A stretch of 36,830 bases of DNA from positions 1 to 36,830 of the forward strand of contig JAUCBJ010001544.1 of the NCBI GenBank assembly GCA_032718475.1, read 5' to 3'. The DNA is from Nemertoderma westbladi. Taxonomy: Eukaryota; Animalia; Xenacoelomorpha. The notes beneath the pieces were generated by a model. The model saw nothing but the letters and a program-made list of their open reading frames with translations, searched no databases and had not been told where the DNA came from. Shown piece after piece: positions 22,626-34,572 of this stretch. Within the stretch, counting starts at the first letter, position 1; every line of letters begins with the position of its first letter. A program made the position numbers and the translations under genes.

Positions 22626-23914
22626 TATAAAATGAGTGTTTTGCTACGTCATGTGGTAATCGATTATCGACAACAACCACAAACTATTAAATATAGAGTC
22701 TTTTTACCACAGGCGCATATGGAATTCTATCTCATAGTCTATAAATCATGGAATCATGGAATGTTTTGGCACAGGCATAGTGAAATCAACGATCTGACAG
22801 TCCAGAAATCACCAGTCTGACAGTTTGAAGAAATACATACATAAAAAGTCATTAAAATGACAATAAAAGTCATTAAATGGACAACAAAAGTCATTATGCA
22901 TAATTCGTAAAAAAAAAATGACAAAAAAAGTCAAATAAAATGACATAAAAAATCACTGCCATTTTTTATCTTGGTTTCTATGGAGAGAGATTTCGATCGA
23001 TTCAAATACACATTAAATCTCAATCGTTTCACACGTGGCTTATATCAATTTATTGAAAGCGGAGAGCCTTGCGCGTCTTTTGACACAACAATTAATTAAA
23101 TTCATAAAGGGGAACATTGATAAAATGCTGTTTACAATTACAAACTCGGCAGATTGCCTGACCGGTATGTAAGCACTCAGCCTATTGCAGTATCTGAGTA
23201 TTGCAGATTTACTTCATTAAGTAGAGTTTACAAGTAACCGTAGAGTTTATAATATTCAAGTAGCCTACTGCCAATTGTTACTGTATTATAGTACCCACTG
23301 ACTGGTATTACAAGTTTAGTGTTATTTTAAATCTAATCTACCGTAATCAATACAGATTGGAATGCAGTACCGGTATTGCTGCAGGAAATACAGCTGAATA
23401 CATATATTTATCAATGTTCCTCATCATGAATTTAATTAATTGTAGTTTTCGCGTTATTTTCAATTTGACACCGAGTACCCACCAAATTTACAAACTAATC
23501 CCAAACGAAAATTCCAAATATACCCGGGCATGGTGGGTACTAGAAGTTATAACTTCTAGAAAAACTAGAAGTTATAAAACCCAAAATTATTCGATTGCGG
23601 GCTGTTTTCCTGGAAGGCACACCACTAAACTGTCGGCTTTCCAAAGTTATAAGGTGGCCCTGAAGTTCAAGGAATCAAGTACTTGGCTTCAGGTACAGAT
23701 CCTGACAGCCTAGCCTAGGCCGTGCCTATGCCTAGTGCGAAGGGACAACCTATTCCCCAGTGGGTTCTTTTACTGTGCGTAGTACGAGCCTGAAAAGGAC
23801 TCGGAAACAAACAGACCAGGAGGCCATGTAGTGGGAATTTGGTTTGAACTTCTCGGACTTCCCCAGTGGGCTCTTTTACTGTGCGTAGGGGCGAGCCTGA
23901 GAAGAACTAAGAAA

Positions 23915-24368
23915 CTACTACTACTAGGATCAGCATGCTGAATTGCAGCTGCATTTTTAAGCATGCTGTGCCGCCTTGTCGACAAAATTGCGCCACCACA
24001 ACTCCCTATCACCCATGACATTTGCTAGATCATCCGCATCTTCAAGGCCAGTGTCCTTTAAGATGCGTCTCATAAAAGTCATGGGCTGTACCATGCTTAT
24101 TCACTCCATGAGGCTGTCAAAGTACAAGATTATGCACTGGCTGGTCCTCACGGCGAAAGCAATGTCCTGCAAAACGGAGGCGATTTTGTTCTAGTGTCAA
24201 GCTTGTGGGAACCAATGAGACACCTCCAATGTTATATAGTGTCTGGTTGGAGATGTATGCATTGTACTTGACACAATGAACACGGCGTAGCATTCTTGTG
24301 AATGTGCCATCCAGACTACTATCCAGAGTACTGGAATTACTGCTGCTCTAAATAATCGGACCTTAAGT
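23915..24368 (-). mobile_element. RTE LINE family A, 3' fragment
   Basis: LKVRLFRAAVIPVL...; (TAG)n tail at 23915. Confidence 0.9.
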
Positions 24369-26040
24369 CTCAATAATGACAGGGTATTGCCTGATAACTT
24401 TATAGAAGTAAAAGTGTCTGAGTCTGTACTCCCAGATATTCCCATTGGTGATATCTCCTTTGCAGAAGTGAAGGCTGCTGCAAAGAGCATTAAGACCAAT
24501 CGTGCCAGTGGAGTAGATGGTGTTCCCCCTGAGGTCTTTAAAATACCTGAGTGTTTAAAGCTCATCTATCCCATCATAGTAGACATGTACCGAACAACAA
24601 GAGTCCCACAAGAAATGAAAACAAATAAGTTGGTGCCAGTTCCCAAGAAGGGCAACCTAACACTCTATGGTTCTTTTCGGGGAATCTCATTGATCTCGAT
24701 TGCTGCAAAGCTATATAATAGAATTCTATTAGATCGCAGCAGGGATCCCATTGAGAGACTGCTCCGTGGAAATCAGAATGGGATCCGTAAATGGGATCAT
24801 GGATCCCATTTTGGAACTTAGAAGGATAATTGAAGAGTTATCAAAAAAGAAAGACAGGCATCTGGCTGTTATCTTTGTTGACTTCTTCAAGGCCTTTGAT
24901 TCAGTCTCTCGCTCACATATGTTCAGCATACTTTCATTATATGGGATTCCTGATGAAATTATTGCAGCAATCAGATCAGTATACGATGGTTCGACAACAT
25001 TTGTGTCTACTGTTGACGGTGATACAGAACCATTTGAAGTGTTATGGGGCGTCCTCCAGGGAGACACACTTGCACCATTCTTGTTCATAATTGTTGTTGA
25101 CTATGTTCCACGCATGTCCTTAGATCATCATAATGATGATGGGGTGATGATAACTAAACATACTGGCTCCAGAAGTCGAGGAAATCCTGCCAAGTACCTA
25201 ACTGATCTAGACTTTGCTGATGACTTAGGAGTACTCTCAGAATTACTAGAGGGAGCCCAACGCCTCCTCAGCTCATTAGAACATGCTGCTTCTAGTGTTG
25301 GTCTTTTCATTAACTCCAGAAAGACCAAAATTATGACAGTTAACTTGGAAAGTCCTCAGCATGTCTCTGATCGGATGAGCATAAGCTCAAAAGATGGTAT
25401 GCTTGAGAATGTGGATGACTTCTGTTACCAGGGATCATGGATCCGGTAGTCAGGTGAGGACCTTCGAATACGTAAGGGAAAGGCATGGGCAGCCTTGAAT
25501 AGGCTTTCCAGGATTTGGAAGTCACCGAGAATTAATAGGAAACTTAAGGTGCGATTTAGAGCAGCAGTAGTTCCAGTACTCCTCTATGGGAGTCCATGCT
25601 GGGCTCTAACTACTGAGGACACCAAATCTCTGGATGGCACATTCACAAGAATGCTACACTGGGTTCATTGTGTCAAGTACAATGCACACATCTCCAACCA
25701 GACACTATATAACATTGGAGGTGTCTCATTGGTTCCCCCAAGCTTGACACTAGAATAAAATCGCCTCCGCTTTGCAGGACATTGCTTTCGCCGTGAGGAC
25801 CAGCCAGTGCATAATCTTGTACTTTGGCAGCCTCATGGAGAGAATAAGCATGGTGGACAGCCCATGACTTTCTTGAGACACATCTTAAAGGACACTGGCC
25901 TTGAAGAAGCGGATGATCTAGCAAATGTCATGGGTGATAGGGAGTTGTGGCGGTGCAATTTTGTCGATAAGCCGCCACAGCATTCTTAAAAATGCAGCTG
26001 CAATGCAGCATGCCGAGCCGATCCTAGTAGTAGTAGTAGT
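24369..26040 (+). mobile_element. RTE LINE family A, 5'-truncated copy with decayed RT
   Basis: SGVDGVPPE, VPVPKKGNL, FRGISL, FVDFFKAFD, GVLQGDTLAP, DLDFADD, LRFAGHC; stops and frameshifts; (TAG)n tail. Confidence 0.95.
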
Positions 26041-26509
26041 ATATTAGGGATAACGACCTCTAATATCTTAATATCAAACTTAATATGCAATCAGCTCATT
26101 CTAAAACCTCAGTAGCCAAACTTTACGGCCAATTACCACATTTGAAAAAAGTGTTACTGTTGATATGGTATGGGTGCAAGGAACTTCTCGTATCTCGAAA
26201 ACTGCTGGAGCTATTACAATTTTATTTGACTCCTCTGAAAGAGGACATAATTTTAGTTAAGGCAGGTATGGTGATACCAATGTATCAGGACTCATGGCTC
26301 GCCCCCGGCCATATATAGGGATAGATAGAAGGACTCAGTAGGACAGTACTGGTACTACTATCAGACCTATGTGCCATCTATGTTGTACGGTGTACAACTG
26401 TACTGCAGTAGCAGTACCATTCTCTGGTGTTGGTCACTTGGACTTATTATAGGAAATACAGTCCGCTTATGATACTCATACACTTGTCTTATTCATTATA
26501 TTACAGCAG

Positions 26510-27950
26510 GTACTACTACTAAGATCGGCATGCTGCATTGCAGCTGCAATTTTAAGAATGCTGTGCCGGCTTGTCAACAAAATTGCGCCACCACAACTCC
26601 CAATCACCCATCACATTTGGTAGATCATCCGCATATTCAAGGCCAGTGTCCTTTAAGATGCGTCTCAAGAAAGTCATGGGCTGACTGCCCACCATGCTTA
26701 TTCACTCCATGAGGCTGTCAAAGCACAAAATTATGCACTAGGTGATCCTCATGGCGAAAGCAATGTCCGGCAAAGCAGAGGCGATTTTGTTCTAGTGTCA
26801 AGCTTGGGGAACAAATGAGACTCCTCCAATGTTATATAGGGTCTGGTTGGAGATGTGTGCATTGTACTTGACACAATGAACCCGGCGTAGCATTCTTGTG
26901 AATGTGCCATCCAGAGATTGGGTGGCCTGAGCAGTTAGAGCCCAGCATGGACTCCCATGGAGGAGTACTGGAACTACAGCTGCTCTAAATAATCGGAACT
27001 TAAGTTTCCGATTAATTCTCTGTGACTTCCAAATCCTGGAAAGCCTATTCAAGGCTGCCCATGCCTTTCCCTTACGTATTCGAATTTGACTGTATTTGAA
27101 TGACTTCTGGATCCATGATCCCAGGTAACAGAAGTCGTCCACATGCTCAAGCATGCCAACATTTGAGCTTATGCTCATCCGGGCAGAGACCTGCTGAGGA
27201 CTTTCAGAGTTAACTGTTAAAATGTTGGTCTTTTGGAGTTAATAAATAGACCAACACAAGAAGCAGCCTGTTCTAATGAGCTGAGGAGCCATCGGGCTCC
27301 TATCTAGTTTTTCTGAGAGTACTCCTAAGTCATCAGCAAAGTCTAGATCAGTTAGGTACTTGGCAGGATTACCTCGACTTCTGGTGCCAGAAGGTGGAGT
27401 TACCATACCATCACCCCATTATTATTAAGATGATCTAAGGACATGTGTAGAACATAGTCAAACACAATTATGAACAAGAATGGCGCAAGTGTGTCTCCTT
27501 GGAGGACTCCCCATAATACTTCAAATGGTTCTGTGTCACCATCAACAGTAGACACAAATGTTGTCGAACCATCTTATACTGATATGATTGCTGCAATAAT
27601 TTCATCAGGATCCCATATAATGAAAGTATGCTGAACATATGTGAGTGAGAGACTAAATCAAAGGCCTTGAAGAAGTCAACAAAGATAACAGCTAGATGCC
27701 TGTCTTTCTTTTTTGATAACTCTTCAATTATCCTTCTAAGTGCCAAAATGGGCTCCATGGTGCCATGACCTTTACTGAACCCATTCTGATTTCCACGGAG
27801 CAGTCTCTCAATGGGATCCCTGATGCGATTTAATATAATTCTATTGTATAGCTTTGCAGCAGTTGAGATCAATGAGATTCCCCGAAAAGAACCATAGAGT
27901 GTTAGGTTGCCCTTCTTTGGCAACTGGCACCAACTTATTTGTTTTCATTT
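26510..27950 (-). mobile_element. RTE LINE family A, 5'-truncated copy
   Basis: Inverted copy of about 24615-26040; tail at 26510. Confidence 0.93.
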
Positions 27951-28025
27951 ATTCACAGGCCAGACTATCGACTTTCGACGTGCCTGACATATTTATTCTA
28001 ACTTCATTATCTGTCACTATTTATG

Positions 28026-29187
28026 TTAATTCCCTGTGCAGAACATCTAATCTGGTTTCCCCAATCTTTCACCCACTAAGTCAACAGAGGCAATCTCGGG
28101 ATCGGACAACAATGTCCCACATCCCTGGATATCTAAAACCATTAACTGTTTACCATTCTTCACGTAGCTGTAATGAATGAACGCTTCCACCTTAGCTAAT
28201 AAATTTTGGTTCTCTTTTCCACAAACGGTTCCATGATTGTTTATGTATTTGCGGTAGCTACCGATTAAGTAAGTATTCCTCTATAGTCATACATTCCCCA
28301 TTGCCCTATCCCAAGGAAAATCTTGGTATACTGGAGGTGGCCATCATGGGGGTTATTTTCTCCGTCATCCGGATTACATCCGGGTAGTTGGTGAGTTCTT
28401 TATTGAATTGAGATCCAAAGAATGCTGCAGTGTAATGCATTTGAAACTGCCTGTTGACTAGGTTTATATTTCTTCACCACCCACTGACTTCTGAAGTTAC
28501 TTCCCAAGCAAGAAACGCCAGCCTCAATCCGCCATCAGCAAATTCTTTTTCGTCAACTATCAGATGAAGCTCCCCATTTGGAATCCAATTTGCAGCTGCA
28601 ACATCATAGGATTCAGTGAGGAAGTTGAGATGGGCGAAGGTTTTACTAAGATGACGGCTTTAAGCAGTTGGGATATAGAAATAGTTTTAGATTGTATTAT
28701 AGGTGGACTAAGTGCTCCTCAGTCCGTGGATATCTTCTGAATCGCTACCGAACTACTAATTTCCAAGCTGCTGGCGGATGTAGGCTTACTGAAACTGGTA
28801 GTACTTTTGTTAGAACCTGTATGAGAGTGGTCGGCATTTCTCAAGAAGTTATCAAGAAAAACTTTATTTGATTGCATTTGCTCAACACTTGTGCAAATAG
28901 GGCCTCTATCCGATGCAAGAATACAGCAATTCTTTTCCTAAAAGAAAATCTCGCAAGCTTCTGTAATACTTTCTACAGTTAGTTCATTGCAGTCTTCAAA
29001 CGGAACGAATTCGCGAGTCCCCAGTGGCTCATATTTGTATAACCGTCCCGGTTCCGATGACATTCGTTGGACATTCAACCATAGTACAGTGGCGGGTCCC
29101 TTCTTCTGTCTCTTGACCGACAGTTTTTTCCTCGAAAGCCTTTATGTCCCCAAAACAGCATTTTTTTACGCTTCCCTTATTAGCCAT
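28026..29187 (-). pseudogene. Intronless alpha-kinase (eEF2K/MHCK/TRPM7-type) pseudogene
   Basis: Hand translation across lesions: EFADGGLRLAFLA, WVVKKY, QMH..A, TIEEYL, YRKYINNHG, AFIHYSY...LMVLDIQG...LSDPEIA, MFCTGN. Confidence 0.88.
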
Positions 29188-29840
29188 AGACTGATAGATA
29201 TAGAAGAAAAACCTGATTACTAGATACAATAAAATGGCAACACTGCCGTTCCATGAACAATATACAGGTGGTATTGGCCTACCTGTGTATGGTACAATTG
29301 ACATTTCAGCAATCTTATTACTGTAGGTGCATACTGGAGGTACAAACACACAGCATAGTTAATTTCAGTAGTTAACCATTATTAACAAACTGACTAACAC
29401 TAGGCCTATCATTACTGGTAGACGGAAATGAAAGCATAGGCCTAGTGCAGTCAGCTATTGTGGTTTTAAAATTCGCGCCAAGATGGCATCAATGGGCCAA
29501 GACTAATGCTTTTCTCTCCATGGGCCACCTTATTGTTTTTGTAATATGTAACATTTTTTTTATTGTATTTTTTTTTATTTATTTTATTTTATTATTTTCA
29601 TTTATTTATTTTTATATATATATATTTTATTTTTTTTATACTGTTATATATACCGGTATATATAATTATTTTTAATTATTATTTTTTTTTATTAAATAAA
29701 AATTAATTTTAATTTTTTTTATCTCATTTTATTAATTATTTCCTCAACTTTCATAATATTTAACGATGGCACACGTCGGCCACCATAGTATTCCCTGCCT
29801 ATTCAGTACGTTGGTACCTACCGTCTTTATATATGTTAAT

Positions 29841-29876
29841 GGCTGACGATGTTAACTGTGTGTAACGAAACGTTCC
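29841..29876 (+). ncRNA. Minimal type I hammerhead ribozyme motif
   Basis: GG-CTGACGA-t-GTTA(actgtgtg)TAAC-GAAA-CGTT-CC: intact core, stem II, palindromic AACGTT stem III, short stem I. Confidence 0.7.
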
Positions 29877-30065
29877 TGATTATATAATAATGTATATTGG
29901 TTCAATTTTCCCGATCTCGCTAATTTTCTTATTTTTATCTCGCTTATGCTATGCTACCCCAGGGGAACTAATGTAAATGATATAAATAACATAATATGGA
30001 CATAATTTTCTTCATAGGTGATTTAAACCAAAATGTAGAGTATATTACTGTACTGATACACTAAC

Positions 30066-30234
30066 TGGTGGTGTAGATGTTCCTGGTTTGTCGTCACTGA
30101 TTGCCATGTAGTCATAGGAAGCAGAAGGAAGGAGGTCTGTTTCATTGACATCTTCAGCATATTGGTTGTTTAATTGGCAACAGAATCCAGAAGCTTGTTC
30201 GTTACGATAATTAAATGACTTGCACTTAGGATCT
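30066..30234 (-). CDS. Putative host exon, C-terminal half of a PAN/Apple domain
   Basis: ttgcAG acceptor, GTtagt donor, 169 bp, phase 2 to 0; DPKCKSFNY...CCQLNN...LLPSASYDY. Confidence 0.7.
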
Positions 30235-31574
30235 CTGCAATTAATTAAAATTAAATAGAATTGGTTTCATTTTTTTAATATTCCATTTCAGTTGGGATAT
30301 TTTAGCAAAATCAAACCATATATAAATGTGGTGCACTGGTGCAAGTAAGCATAATTAAAATATGCACACTATGTTACAGGAACATCCCTATATGCACTTC
30401 GTAGACCCAAAAACCAATATATCTCCTTAATAATCAATAGTATAGTGGTATTTAATTATCACCCTCAGTTTGTTACCTACAAAGGTCAGGTAAACAAACA
30501 TTATAGGCCAAACAACAGGAAATCATGTGGTTGCGCAATCTACGATATGATACAGTAAATGTATTGTTTTAATATTACTTGACCACTGTACAATGTGTAC
30601 ATAGGATATATTGGGGAGACCTTATGTTATCCCCAGTTATTGCATTGAATTAGTGTACATACAACCTGTAGGTTGCCATCCCCTGCCTCCTATTATTATT
30701 AGTGGTAGTGGGATCCAATTAGAGGCCATTATAGGCCCACTGAGATAGACTGCTTCAGCAACAGTCTCATTCCCAAACATTATACTTGATGTAATGTAAT
30801 ACCACCCCCGCTTTGTATCCACCCATAAGCAACACTATCCATCTTTGATGGATACACTGACACTAGACAAGAGCCTAAAGTAAAATTGCCGATTTAGCAA
30901 ACAAAGGTGGGACCGTGAATACATTTGAAATACCGGTCTAAAGGCCCATTCCCACTCACCTGTGTTTGAGCAGTAAACTGTGACTTGTAAACTTTGGCAG
31001 TTAGTTTGGACCCAATAGTTAGACTTACGGAATTGTGTGGGGCGCCACCGATGCCAATACGCCTATCTCATTTTATCGTTGTCTGGGCACGCCCACCCAC
31101 CCCTAGCAGCTGGGGGTTTGCACAGTAATTATTAGGAGGATTTTCTGTGTAGGCTGGCGCCTAAAGGGGGTGAACCATGGGTGAACTGAACATGGTTGGG
31201 GGGTATAGGCTGGATCGGAGGACTCAAATTATATATTATTAATGCCGGATGTCCCTGAGGAAATTGGAGCTCTGAATGATGTTTTTTCAACCAGAATAGT
31301 GGAATTGTTGGCAAATGAGACAGGATCGCCACAAGCTCCTAAAAGAGACTTTTGGTGTTGGGGGTTAAAGGGTTGGGCCGATCTAACCAGGTGAACCTTA
31401 CATCACCTTACATCATCGAAAGGAGGCGATGGACTTATCATTGGTATTATGCCATCCAGATGGCAAGCACCTGGAGGCACCACTTCGCAAATCTGCATAT
31501 GTACACCCCACCCCGCACTGGTAATTATTAAATTGTACATGGTTAATGGATGCGAGCTTCATAAACATACTACT

Positions 31575-31760
31575 GTAGCATTGGATAACCGTTGGACCAA
31601 CGCTGCCTATGGCAACGTGGCGGCGTTGGAGCACCGTTGTGAGGCATTGTTGGTCCAACGGAAAAAATGTCCCAACTATTTCCGTTGGATCAACGAAGAA
31701 AAAACAACGTTGGTCCAACTCTATATTTCAACTGGAAGCCAACCAATTATCCGTTGGGTC
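31575..31760. repeat. Cluster of near-palindromic CGTTGG(A/T)CCAACG motifs, probably a subterminal region of a DNA transposon
   Basis: Several CGTTGG/CCAAC copies within about 190 bp. Confidence 0.4.
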
Positions 31761-32343
31761 ACAGTTGTATAAACATATACTGGCACTGGTACCCATCACA
31801 ACCATAATTGTGCTTTGTTGCTTGGGGATGAAATCTTATATTATTTCTAAAAGACAGTTTTGGACGTACCGGTGGGATCAAATCGGAGTCCTCCAAGATG
31901 GAAATTTCTTAGAATAAATAATAGGTATGCCTGCATGAAACCACTCATTCGTCCAAAATAAATATAAATTACCATTTTCCAATAATTGTTCTTTTGTTTG
32001 GTATTACACAGGTTAAAATTATCAATTAATGGAAATGAGCAGGTTATAGTTACATTTATTCTATCCAAAACAATGAACTAATGTCAATATAGTAGAACAG
32101 GTTACAGTTTTATTTTTGGGAGTAATCAGATGTTATTGCGTCGATTTCCACTGGAGAGGGATGAATTTTGATTGCATCGAAAGCACACCCCCCTCCCCTC
32201 CTTATCTGCTTGTTTAATATACACATATATGGAGAGGGGCGATCCACGAAGGGGATAACTTAATAATTGGGTTAGGGTTGGGAGGGGGGAAAAACGAGAG
32301 GTCGGATCTTTAGGGTGATCGAAAAGGTGTTCGTTAATGTAAG

Positions 32344-32415
32344 TGCCAATATTTCGGCCACAACATGTAATAATAATTGAATTATTATACAAATAAACAG
32401 GCCTTCAACAGGGCA
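32344..32415 (-). ncRNA. Degenerate type I hammerhead ribozyme (Penelope pLTR-type)
   Basis: TGCC-CTGTTGA-a-GGCC(long AT loop)GGCC-GAAA-TATT-GGCA; core A6 changed to T. Confidence 0.55.
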
Positions 32416-32642
32416 AATGCAATCGGGATGTGTCGGGCTACATAAAAAAAACTGACTAAACACTACTGCACTACTTCCTAAAGACACTACTCAAACTATG
32501 TTACTATGTATGAAATTAGTTACATTAGCATCAGGTATTGAATGAAAAATAATTAAATAGGTAGTGATATAACATAATTCGCACCGAACAGAATTAATAT
32601 TAATATAAAATACCAGTGTAGAAAAATATTATTATATTTATC

Positions 32643-32715
32643 TGTGGGGTGGGGTGGGGTGGGGTGGGGTGGGAGTGGGGGCGGGGTTGGGGGTGGTGGG
32701 GGGTGTGCGTGGGGA
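32643..32715 (+). repeat. (GGGGT)n G-rich tract
   Basis: More than 10 G-runs; G-quadruplex potential. Confidence 0.8.
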
Positions 32716-32869
32716 TTAGTATGTTTGGGAATGTTGTGGGGGTTTCTTTGTAGTGCTACAGTATGTGTATTGTGTCTATTGGTGTGGGAGTGTCTGAGAG
32801 TGTCTACTGCGTTAGTGCGTGGGTGTGATGTTGTGTTTCTACTACTAGTACTATTGCTCCGTGGGGATG

Positions 32870-34537
32870 TGATGTGAGGGGAAAGTGCGTTAAATATAAG
32901 CTTTTGACTAAGTGGCTGGGGTAGTCATTGCCACGTAGGATATTTTTAATTTTATCAAGGCTACGTACGTGAGCGACCATTCGGGGTGTTACTATTGCGA
33001 ATGGCGCGTTGAATGGCGGATCTGGCGACATTAATAATCATATTGCGGGGGTGGCTACTATAGTAGTTCAAAATAATACCGGCCATACTGGGTTTAATAT
33101 AAAGTTCAACATCTATCCGTCCTTCGTTATTGATGGTGGTTGTAACGTCAAGGAATGCTAAGCTAGAGAAAGATTTCTCCATGGTGTACTTAATAGAAGG
33201 GTGGCAGTTATTAAGTTAAATTAAAAATTTATCCAACTCCTCCTCACCATGTGCCCATACTGCCCACCCATCGTCGTAAAACCTAGACCAGCAGTCCACT
33301 GCCAAAAAATAATTATCTAAATACAGTTTCTCTTTAACATGAATGTATATCCCCGAGAAGGAATTGGCGAGCCGGTTTCCCATTCCCAACCTGTCTTTTT
33401 GTTCGTAAAACTTCCGTTAAACTTAAAATAAGTAAATTCTAGTGAGGTCCTAAGTAGGCCATAAAAATCTGGGATACTGAGTCCATATAAGTTAATTTGG
33501 TCCTGGTTGCTGTTGACGAATCCGGTGACAATGTCGATTCCTTCGATGACCGGGATGACGGTGTACATGGATACAATATCTAGACTAAATATCATATCTC
33601 CCGGCTGAAGAGGATTGATGCAACTAATGCGGTTCATGAAATCTAATGTATTCTTAAGTAGTTCCAGTACCAAGTTGGCGGCTTGGGTTAAAATGCGACT
33701 CGCCATCCATGCTGGCTTCTCCGCTGCTGAACCAGATCCCGAGTATATGGGCCGCATAGGTTCGTCGACTTTGTGGGTTTTGGGGTTCCCGTATAACTCT
33801 GGTTTTCTAGCGTGGATGTTACTTGTTAGCACTGCTCGCAGGTATTAATCCCGTTCGAATATAGAAATCACTCCCGCATTGATCTTAATGGCTGTTACAT
33901 TGGGGTTCTTTGCCAGTGGTGTGTAAGCTGCCGAGTTGGATAATATATCTTTATGGATTTTCTGATGTATCGTTTTTGCATCAAAGACGCGAATCCACCA
34001 CTCTTGTCCGCCTTTTTGACGATTAAATTATTATCTGCCTTCAGTTCCTTAAGGGCGTGGGCTTATTTTTCTGTAAGGTTAGTCGTACCCGCTTTTGGTT
34101 TGTGTGTGAGTGCGAATTTGTGTTGCCCGTAGACTGCTTTAATAGAGTTTGAGAGTTCATCTATATCACGTAGTATGTGTGTAGGAATATCCGTCGGGGG
34201 ATGGGACTGGTAGGTATCGGGAAATGGAATTTTACCGAGTGGTTGCATTGTCGGAACCGGGTCGGTTGCTGTTGTTGAGTTGTTGGTGTTCGAGTTCGTG
34301 ATTCTATGTTCCTCGGCACGTTCTTCGGCACGCCGTTCTCGTTCGGCCTTCCACCGCATGCCGTAAGAGAAACGGTCCAGGCCAATCACGAGGTTGTCCA
34401 TTGTATTGCGATCGAAATCCCTCTGTACAGCGAACTGCGGGCCCTTGCTTAAGAGTTCGAGGGAGCCTTCCAGCTCTATCGGCCTATCGATAGACCTCCG
34501 ATAGGTCTCCGATAGACCCGTCTATCGATGGGTCTAT

Positions 34538-34572
<35 letters not shown>

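Noticed and set aside
23753-23904. About 45-bp imperfect direct repeat with CCTGA..GAAA, possible ribozyme or SINE
   Set aside because: No CUGANGA core or consistent stems and no clear A/B boxes
29445-29730. Hydrophobic F/I/Y-rich ORF suggesting a membrane peptide
   Set aside because: Translation of T/A low-complexity sequence
30637-32080. Further candidate upstream exons (GT donors near 31411, 31869 and 31971; ORF 30637-30822)
   Set aside because: Could not join them in phase to the PAN exon or find the N-terminal half of the PAN domain; needs RNA-seq
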